Assembly (NCBI GenBank): GCA_027451385.1
Contig: DAIDJJ010000001.1
Coordinates: forward strand, 1-50,810
DNA length: 50,810 nucleotides
Origin: Spirochaetales bacterium
Lineage (GTDB): Bacteria > Spirochaetota > Spirochaetia > JABEVK01
Direction: 5' to 3'
Shown: positions 44,448-50,810 of the stretch, in pieces
Layout of the letters: each line of letters starts with the position of its first letter
Numbering within the stretch: position 1 is the first letter of the stretch
Made by a program: the position numbers and the translations under genes
The notes under the pieces: model-generated
The model's input: the letters and a program-made list of their open reading frames with translations, nothing else
Database searches by the model: none
What the model was told of the DNA's origin: nothing

Positions 44448-46187
44448 GTGTTCTTCCTAGCCCCAAAGGGGCCATCCATCAACGATTTAACAGCCTTTCG
44501 TCAATTACCTCCAGAAGCCTTTTCAAGTTTTGCGCAAGAACTTCGTCAGGAACTTTTGCGTTATCTGGACCAAAGTGGGGGACACTTAGCCTCCAACCTG
44601 GGTTGTGTTGAGTTGACGATGGCACTTCACTGGGTATTTGACTCGCCTCACGACCGAATCTTTTTTGATACCGGACATCAAGCGTATGTTCACAAGCTTC
44701 TGACAGGACGGCGCGGACAGTTTTCGACATTACGGAAAAAGGGCGGCTTAGCTCCCTTTCCTCATCATGAAGAAAGTCCTCATGATCCATTTTGTCCCGG
44801 TCACGGAGGAACCGCTTTAAGTACGGCTATGGGTTGCGCTTGGGCACATCAACTTTTAGGCAAGTCCCAGCAAGTCATCGCGGTCTTGGGTGATGCGGCT
44901 TTGAATTCGGGGATGACCTTAGAAGCCTTTAACCAACTCTCCGAAACAATTCTGAACCTTTTGGTGATTATCAACGACAATGGCTATTCCATTTCTCGCA
45001 CAGTAGGAGGTCCTCATTTTTGGAAGTCAGCTTTAGACCGCTTTAACGTCTATCGCGAGCCTCTGGATGGTCACGATACCTGTGCTCTCATTGAACGTCT
45101 TCGGCATGCCGCTAGCCTTCCTGGTCCTCGTCTTTTGTGGCTTCAAACCCAAAAGGGTAAGGGATATCTTCCGGCAGAACTTGACCCCGTTGCCTACCAT
45201 AGTGTCGCTCCTGGTTTTCTCAAAACTGGAAAGCAAAGCCTAGAAAAACCATCAACCATCTCTTCTCTCAGTTTCACAGCGGCTTTTAGTCGTTGGGTAG
45301 AAGAAACGGCTTCTGTGGTACCTCACTTGGCCGTAATTTGTCCTGCCATGACAGAAAGCTCGGGGCTTCGTTCTTTTGCTTTGGCTTATCCTGAGCGCTT
45401 TTATGACACAGGGATGGCGGAACAGCACGCATTAGGCTTGGCCGCTGGGTTAGCTGCGCAAGGGTGGCTTCCTATCGTTGCAATCTATTCAACCTTTTTA
45501 CAAAGGGCTTTTGACCAAATTATCCATGACCTAGCCCTTCCGGGACTCAAGGTCATTTTGGCCATTGACCGAGCTGGAATCGTTGGGCCGGATGGGCCGA
45601 CTCATGCCGGGATTTTTGACCTAGCTGTTTTGAGAATGATTCCAGGAATAACAGTGATGCTCCCTGCTGATGAGCACGAGCTAAGGGGAATGTTCAACTT
45701 AGCGCTAACCCTGGGCCTCTGTGCCATTCGTTATCCTAAAGCAGATTGTCTACCCAGTGTGGGGTTAAATTTTTCTGCCGTAGAACGAGGGAAAGCTTCA
45801 CTGGTGAGAAAAGGAAAACAAGTGGCTTTGGTGACAAGTGGTAGCCTCGTGGAAACAGCTCTAGCAGTCGGAAATCAACTTGACGCAAGCGTGGTCAGTT
45901 TAAGGTTCGCCGTGCCGCTCGATGTGGCGTTTTTAAAAGACTTATTTGCTGAACATAACCTACTTATCGTGGTGGAAGAGACTCCGCTAAGCGGCGGACT
46001 TGGTGAAGCCATCTTAGCTGTCTTAAACCCTTTACCAAAGGGGAAACGGGTCGTCTTGAAAGGACTGAGCCCGCAATTCCCCACAACTGGGACACGCGAA
46101 GAAATCTTGTCAGACCTAGGGTTGGATCAACAAGGAATTCAACAGTTTGTTGAAGAACAACAAAAGCTTAAGGAGGTTGAGTTGTGA
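44448..46187 (+). CDS. dxs: 1-deoxy-D-xylulose-5-phosphate synthase (compact form)
   Basis: GGHLASNLGCVELTMALH, DTGHQAYVHKLLTGRR, IINDNGYSIS, LDGHD, YDTGMAEQHA, IYSTFLQRAFDQIIHD and DRAGIVGPDGPTHAG. GTG start with no clear SD. Confidence 0.9.
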   Translation: MFFLAPKGPSINDLTAFRQLPPEAFSSFAQELRQELLRYLDQSGGHLASNLGCVELTMALHWVFDSPHDRIFFDTGHQAYVHKLLTGRRGQFSTLRKKGGLAPFPHHEESPHDPFCPGHGGTALSTAMGCAWAHQLLGKSQQVIAVLGDAALNSGMTLEAFNQLSETILNLLVIINDNGYSISRTVGGPHFWKSALDRFNVYREPLDGHDTCALIERLRHAASLPGPRLLWLQTQKGKGYLPAELDPVAYHSVAPGFLKTGKQSLEKPSTISSLSFTAAFSRWVEETASVVPHLAVICPAMTESSGLRSFALAYPERFYDTGMAEQHALGLAAGLAAQGWLPIVAIYSTFLQRAFDQIIHDLALPGLKVILAIDRAGIVGPDGPTHAGIFDLAVLRMIPGITVMLPADEHELRGMFNLALTLGLCAIRYPKADCLPSVGLNFSAVERGKASLVRKGKQVALVTSGSLVETALAVGNQLDASVVSLRFAVPLDVAFLKDLFAEHNLLIVVEETPLSGGLGEAILAVLNPLPKGKRVVLKGLSPQFPTTGTREEILSDLGLDQQGIQQFVEEQQKLKEVEL

Positions 46188-47251
46188 AAGCTGGAATTGT
46201 AGGTGCGGGGATAGTCGGTCGACTATTGGCCTATCGCCTGATTCAAAAAGGGTGGAATGTCTCTCTGTGGGACTCTGAAACCTTAGAGAGTCAAGCCACG
46301 TGTAGTTTTGTAGCGGCTGGGATGCTTTCTCCGCTTTCAGAAATTGAAACGGCTGAAGTCAAGGTCTTTGAAATGGGGTTAAGGGCCATGGAGCTTTGGA
46401 AAAGCTTGATGAGTGAGCTTAGCCCAATTTACTATCAAACCCGAGGCAGCCTTTTTGTCGCTCATGCCCAAGAGGTCGAGGAACTCACCCGAACTCGTGA
46501 GCGCTTTGAATACAAGTTAAACGCAGGACATTTGTTGCAACAAGTTTCCCCCGCACAATTGGCAGAGTTAGAACCTGGATTAGCGCATTGGACTCAAAAC
46601 GCGTTGTTTTTGCCTCATGAGGGGCATTTAGATAACCGTGAAGTGATGAAAGTTTTAGCCCAAAGTCTTTTGGCTGAGGGTGTGGAGTGGCATGCGGGGA
46701 TAAATGTTGAACACCTGTCTGCGGGCAACTTAACCGCAGTGGGGCAAACTTGGCACTATGACCAAGTTTTTGACTGTCGAGGTTTAGGGGCCCAAGGAGA
46801 TTGGCCGAGTTTAAGAGGCGTAAGGGGAGAACTTATCCATGTCCAGGCTCCAGACGTGCAGTTTACTCGACCGATTCGCTTGGTACACCCACGTTATCGT
46901 ATCTACATTGTACCTAGGCCCGAGAATGTATATGTCATCGGCGCCAGTCAAATTGAAAGCCAAGATCTTTCCCCCATTTCCGTTCGTACGACCTTAGAAT
47001 TGTTGTCGGCTGCTTACAGTGTACACCCGGGTTTTGCCGAAGCTCGTATTCTGGGTACGTATGTTCAATGCCGTCCTGCCTTTCCAGATAATCTTCCTCG
47101 GTTTGCCCCCTCGAAGGGGTTGGTCCGCGTAAACGGGTTGTACCGTCACGGCTATTTGCTAGCCCCCACAGTGGTCAACAATGTTGTGGCATGGCTGGAA
47201 GGAAAAACTCTAACAGACCCGGAGCTTCTAGTTAAAGAAGGTTGTCTATGA
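46184..47251 (+). CDS. thiO: FAD-dependent glycine oxidase
   Basis: GxGxxG (IVGAGIVGRLLA) and a DAO-family C-terminus (GLYRHGYLLAP). It sits between dxs and thiS. The GTG start overlaps the dxs stop (GTGA). Confidence 0.88.
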   Translation: MKAGIVGAGIVGRLLAYRLIQKGWNVSLWDSETLESQATCSFVAAGMLSPLSEIETAEVKVFEMGLRAMELWKSLMSELSPIYYQTRGSLFVAHAQEVEELTRTRERFEYKLNAGHLLQQVSPAQLAELEPGLAHWTQNALFLPHEGHLDNREVMKVLAQSLLAEGVEWHAGINVEHLSAGNLTAVGQTWHYDQVFDCRGLGAQGDWPSLRGVRGELIHVQAPDVQFTRPIRLVHPRYRIYIVPRPENVYVIGASQIESQDLSPISVRTTLELLSAAYSVHPGFAEARILGTYVQCRPAFPDNLPRFAPSKGLVRVNGLYRHGYLLAPTVVNNVVAWLEGKTLTDPELLVKEGCL

Positions 47252-47448
47252 AAATTTTCCTGAATGGTCTGCCCCAAGATTTCGAGGTAACAGCAACCGT
47301 TCAAGACGCCTTAGCTGTCTGCGAACAGGCAGTGGGGCCATTTGCCGTAGCCTTGAACCGTGAGTTTTTGCCTCGTTCGTTGTTTGCCCATACCCCGTTA
47401 CAGGAAGGCGATCACTTGGACCTAGTGGTCCCCATGCAAGGAGGTTGA
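47248..47448 (+). CDS. thiS: sulfur-carrier protein ThiS
   Basis: 66 aa ending in GG (VVPMQGG). The ATG overlaps the thiO stop (ATGA). Confidence 0.9.
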   Translation: MKIFLNGLPQDFEVTATVQDALAVCEQAVGPFAVALNREFLPRSLFAHTPLQEGDHLDLVVPMQGG

Positions 47449-47449
47449 C

Positions 47450-48235
47450 ATGGATTTTTCTATCGCTGGTAGTACCTTATCGAGTCGACTTTGGATTGGT
47501 TCGGCTTTATACCCTTCGCCGGCCATTATGCAACAGGCCATTCGAGCTTCTGGCGCACAGGTCGTGACAGTAGCTCTGAAACGTCAGTCGCCTTCCCGTC
47601 AAGGCGGTCAAAGCTTTTGGGCAACCATCCAGGAACTGGGTTGTCACGTGTTACCCAATACAGCGGGGTGTCGTCTGGCGGAAGACGCGGTGAATACAGC
47701 CGAAATGTCACGAGAAATTTTTGGGACTTCGTGGATCAAGTTAGAGGTCATTGGGGACGACTATACCTTGCAACCGCATCCGTTTGAACTCCTCAAAGCG
47801 GCTACCGAGTTGGTGAAACGCGGCTTTACCGTGTTTCCCTATTGCACCGAAGATCTGATTTTATGTCAAAAGCTCAGAGATGTGGGGTGTCCTGTTCTGA
47901 TGCCGTGGTGTGCCCCCATCGGTTCAGGACAAGGATTAGTCAATGCCTTTGCCTTAAAAACACTTCGGGCCCGTATTCCTGATGTTCCTTTGATTATCGA
48001 TGCGGGGATCGGCAAACCTTCGCATGCTGTCGAAGCGATGGAATTAGGGTTCGATGGGGTTTTGATTAATAGTGCCATTGCCTTAGCTCATGACCCCATT
48101 GAGATGGCTCGGGCCTTTTCACAAGCCGTTGATGCTGGAAGGCGAGCTTTTTTAGCAGGCACCATGCCGCCCCGGAATTTTGCACAACCAAGTACACCAC
48201 TGTTAGAAACTCCCTTCTGGTCAGGTAAAGAATAA
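47450..48235 (+). CDS. thiG: thiazole synthase
   Basis: [39 protein letters not shown] and [12 protein letters not shown]. It begins 1 nt after the thiS stop. Confidence 0.95.
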   Translation: MDFSIAGSTLSSRLWIGSALYPSPAIMQQAIRASGAQVVTVALKRQSPSRQGGQSFWATIQELGCHVLPNTAGCRLAEDAVNTAEMSREIFGTSWIKLEVIGDDYTLQPHPFELLKAATELVKRGFTVFPYCTEDLILCQKLRDVGCPVLMPWCAPIGSGQGLVNAFALKTLRARIPDVPLIIDAGIGKPSHAVEAMELGFDGVLINSAIALAHDPIEMARAFSQAVDAGRRAFLAGTMPPRNFAQPSTPLLETPFWSGKE

Positions 48236-50344
48236 ATGAAAGTTTTTTCCATCTCGAAAATCCAGGCTACGCAGTTGTATACCGCCCCCGATACGCCCCC
48301 TGGTCTTTACTTGTATGAAGAGCGCGGACCTGCCGCGAGTCAAAATGAGATTCGGGCGTTGGGGGTGACAGAAAACACTCGTTTTTGGTTAAAGAAACCC
48401 TTGGCCCCCACGACTGAGGAACCTGGGGTTTGGCCTAGTGTGGACGAGATTGAAAAACGAATCCTAGCTTTACAGAAAGTTGGTTGGGCCGCCCAGGAGG
48501 CTATGCTTTTAGCCTTCACGACGAGTCATGTCGTAGTTCCTGGAGAACCTTGGCCTTTTACGGAACAAGAATTGGCAAGAGTTGCCCTGGGGGCTGAGGG
48601 GGAATCTTCCGAACAATTTTTACCCCTAACGTCCGAAGACCTTGGGTTTTATGTGATTGTGGACCGGGCTTCCTGGTTAGAACGTTTGATACCGGCAGGG
48701 GTGCGGTGTTTTCAACTCCGCATCAAAGATTTGACAGGTGAGGCCTTACGCGAGGAACTCGCCCGAGGCATTGATTTAGCCCGTTCAAAGGGTGTCAGGC
48801 TTTGGATCAATGATTACGCCCAAGAAGCCTTAGAGTTTGGGGCTTGGGGGGTGCATCTAGGCCAAGAAGATTTAGCGCGAGTGGATTTGAAAGCTTTAGC
48901 CGCATCAGGAATTCGGTTGGGTATAAGTACACACAACCTCTTTGAAGTTGCAAGAGCTCTTACGTTCCGTCCTAGTTATCTTGCCTGTGGTACCGTTTTT
49001 GCCACATCGTTGAAGGTGATGAATTCGGCTCCACAGGGTTTAGGTGCTCTGCGAAACTGGAAGTCGTTGCTCTCGACACCTGTTGTCGCAATAGGCGGCA
49101 TAACCCTCGCTGACTTGGGTTCAGTTCTTTCAACTGGGGTGGCGGGTGTCGCTGTGGTTTCTGCGGTAACGCAGGCAAAGGATCCCGTTGGGGTGGCAAA
49201 AAGTTTTGTAGAGGGGGTGCAAACCTATCGACAAACGGGAGTTCTGCCCAAGTTTGCTGGTGAACTTTCACTGAGTGAACAGCAAAGGTACCAGCCCCAT
49301 ATCCTGCTACCGTCGGTGGGGCTTCAAGGTCAGCAGAAACTGAAAAGGGCCCGCGTGCTTTGCATCGGGGCTGGAGGTTTGGGCAGTCCGCTCCTGTTAT
49401 ACTTAGCCTCGGCGGGTGTGGGAACTTTAGGCGTGATGGATGGTGATCGGGTTGAACTTTCTAACTTGCAACGTCAAGTGCTTTACCGGACTGGCGAAGT
49501 AGGGAAATCCAAAGCTCATTTAACCAAACTTCACCTCGAAGAACTCAATTCCCATTGTCGTGTTATCGAATACCCTGAACGCTTGGTAAAGGAAAATGCC
49601 CTTGAAATATTTCGGGGGTATGACGTGATTGCAGATGGAAGTGATAATTTTGCCACCAGATATTTGGTGAATCATACGTGCCGAGCTTTGGGACTTCCCT
49701 TGGTGAGTGCCAGCGTCAGCGACTTTCAAGGTCAATGCGGTGTTTTTGTTCCGGGGGGAGCCTGCTACCATTGTTTGTTTCCGTCTCATCAGGGTGAGAA
49801 TCACTTGACTACCTGTCGTGAGCGAGGTGTTTTGGGGGTAGTCCCCGGAGTATTGGGGACCATTCAAGCTACCGAAGTTTTGAAACTTTTGTTAGGTTTG
49901 GGTGAACCACTCAGTGGGCGTCTCTTGGTATTGAACACTCTGACATGGGAACAAAACCTTCTCAAAGTTCCCCGTGATCCACACTGTGCCGTTTGCTCAC
50001 CTTCGGTTCTCCCTCCTTTCGCGTATGAAGAGTCCGTTTGTACGTCGTACTCAATTTCGGCACAAGAGCTTCAGCAAAGACTCAAAGAGGGGACCGTGAC
50101 ACTGCTGGACGTAAGAACTGCCGAAGAACATGAACAGTTCTCTCTGGGGGGCATCTCTATTCCGTTAGCCGAACTTGCAGAGGCCTTACCCAGTCTTTCA
50201 AGAAAAAACAACTATGTCGTTTATTGTGCGCAAGGTATCCGTAGTCAAAAGGCCGTGAGTTTACTCAGGGCGCAAGGGTACACGGCATGGAGTCTGCAGA
50301 GTGGTTTAAAAGATTACCTTGCCAGGTGTACAATTCCCAGCTAA
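48236..50344 (+). CDS. fusion protein: unknown N-domain + thiamine-phosphate synthase (ThiE) + ThiF/MoeB-type adenylyltransferase + rhodanese
   Basis: ThiE part: FYVIVDRA...CFQLRIKDL...LWINDY...GVHLGQEDL. ThiF part: VLCIGAGGLGSPLLLYLASAGVG...DRVELSNLQRQVLY, CYHC...CAVC. Rhodanese part: VVYCAQGIRS. The first ~135 aa are unrecognised. It starts directly after the thiG stop. Confidence 0.9.
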   Translation: MKVFSISKIQATQLYTAPDTPPGLYLYEERGPAASQNEIRALGVTENTRFWLKKPLAPTTEEPGVWPSVDEIEKRILALQKVGWAAQEAMLLAFTTSHVVVPGEPWPFTEQELARVALGAEGESSEQFLPLTSEDLGFYVIVDRASWLERLIPAGVRCFQLRIKDLTGEALREELARGIDLARSKGVRLWINDYAQEALEFGAWGVHLGQEDLARVDLKALAASGIRLGISTHNLFEVARALTFRPSYLACGTVFATSLKVMNSAPQGLGALRNWKSLLSTPVVAIGGITLADLGSVLSTGVAGVAVVSAVTQAKDPVGVAKSFVEGVQTYRQTGVLPKFAGELSLSEQQRYQPHILLPSVGLQGQQKLKRARVLCIGAGGLGSPLLLYLASAGVGTLGVMDGDRVELSNLQRQVLYRTGEVGKSKAHLTKLHLEELNSHCRVIEYPERLVKENALEIFRGYDVIADGSDNFATRYLVNHTCRALGLPLVSASVSDFQGQCGVFVPGGACYHCLFPSHQGENHLTTCRERGVLGVVPGVLGTIQATEVLKLLLGLGEPLSGRLLVLNTLTWEQNLLKVPRDPHCAVCSPSVLPPFAYEESVCTSYSISAQELQQRLKEGTVTLLDVRTAEEHEQFSLGGISIPLAELAEALPSLSRKNNYVVYCAQGIRSQKAVSLLRAQGYTAWSLQSGLKDYLARCTIPS

Positions 50345-50544
50345 ACTTGCTTTAAGGAAGCCTTACGAGCGTTATGAAATGGACGAGAGTTCGCAGTGAT
50401 TTACTTGAGGCCCAAAGTGTTGAACAAGCTGTTCGAGTCTCTCAGTTTGATCGGAATATGCCCCTTTAATAAGGATTAAAGGTTCCCTATACAAAGGCAT
50501 GGCAGTTGTTCATAATGGGCCACCTCAAGAGGAGTTGAGACAAT

Positions 50545-50590
50545 GATAAGGAAAAGTTTTAGTTTTTGATAAGGAAAAGTTTTAGTTTTT
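50545..50590. repeat. perfect 23-bp tandem duplication (gataaggaaaagttttagttttt x2) spanning a gene start
   Basis: Read directly: copy 1 is 50545-50567 and copy 2 is 50568-50590, with 23/23 identity. Confidence 0.9.
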
Positions 50591-50810
50591 TAATTCTCTT
50601 ACTGTTGGCGAGTCTTAGTTTTGTTTTGGGCGGGTGTCAACAACCAACAAGCAGTTCAACTAACGGAGGGGGCTCTACTGGTCCCGTGTCAGGAACCATC
50701 AATTCTTCTAGTTTCACTGAGGCTGTCGCAGTGGCGACCGCATCAACATCAGTAACAAACGATTACCAGATCGTTTTGACGAGTTCAAATCCTGCCGCTG
50801 TTCCCAATAG
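50566..50810 (+). CDS. lipoprotein, 3'-partial (runs off the window); start affected by the tandem duplication
   Basis: The frame is open from 50566 to the window end: (M)IRKSFSFLILLLLASLSFVLGGC/QQPTSSSTNGGGS. This is a classic signal peptide with a lipobox. The ATG at 50543, which has a good SD (GGAG 8 nt upstream), is now out of frame. Confidence 0.6.
   Translation, partial: MIRKSFSFLILLLLASLSFVLGGCQQPTSSSTNGGGSTGPVSGTINSSSFTEAVAVATASTSVTNDYQIVLTSSNPAAVPN

Noticed and set aside
50379-50474. 31-codon ORF (MKWTRVRSDLLEAQS...) in the gap after the thi operon.
   Set aside because: It has no SD and no recognisable features, and it is too short to support from sequence alone.
50545-50590. CRISPR-like or minisatellite array.
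   Set aside because: There are only two adjacent copies with no spacers, so it is a simple tandem duplication. No CRISPR array or cas genes were seen anywhere in the window.

Overview
This 50.8-kb window is a densely coding chromosomal segment with about 50 protein genes, one tRNA and one riboswitch. It comes from a flagellated, diderm-type bacterium. Hand counts on short samples give about 52% GC in the proA/proB region and about 39-43% GC in three blocks. I cannot assign a lineage from sequence alone. Most of the content is housekeeping: fliS, polA-coaE, a SPOR protein, a PAS-GAF-GGDEF cyclase, a PrsW-like protease, ribA, a secreted PLD-type nuclease, an RRM RNA-binding protein, a RecQ-family helicase, topA, SemiSWEET-proA-proB, three TPR proteins and mutL. 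It also holds a 1,604-aa outer-membrane protein, an HD hydrolase, a ComFB-domain protein, an RsbU/V/W-like partner-switching module, a thioesterase and tRNA-Met(CAU). A TPP riboswitch controls a translationally coupled dxs-thiO-thiS-thiG-thiE/thiF/rhodanese operon. I saw no CRISPR array, transposase, integrase, reverse transcriptase or rRNA. The items most worth a second look are: (1) an AT-richer cassette next to the tRNA, headed by a WYL-domain regulator and followed by several tiny ORFs I cannot place, which is my best candidate for an undescribed module; (2) a tight operon of membrane-TPR/Mrr-like, metallophosphoesterase and ParB-like genes; (3) an HD - ComFB - giant OMP - mutL gene string in which the OMP has an odd start; (4) a 979-aa protein that looks like a catalytically dead cyclase plus a dead STAND ATPase plus TPR, placed divergently from the partner-switching module; (5) dxs placed under a TPP riboswitch, together with a four-part ThiE-ThiF-rhodanese fusion; (6) a perfect 23-bp tandem duplication across the start codon of a lipoprotein gene at the right edge. 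All functional calls rest on motif recognition by eye. No database search was run.
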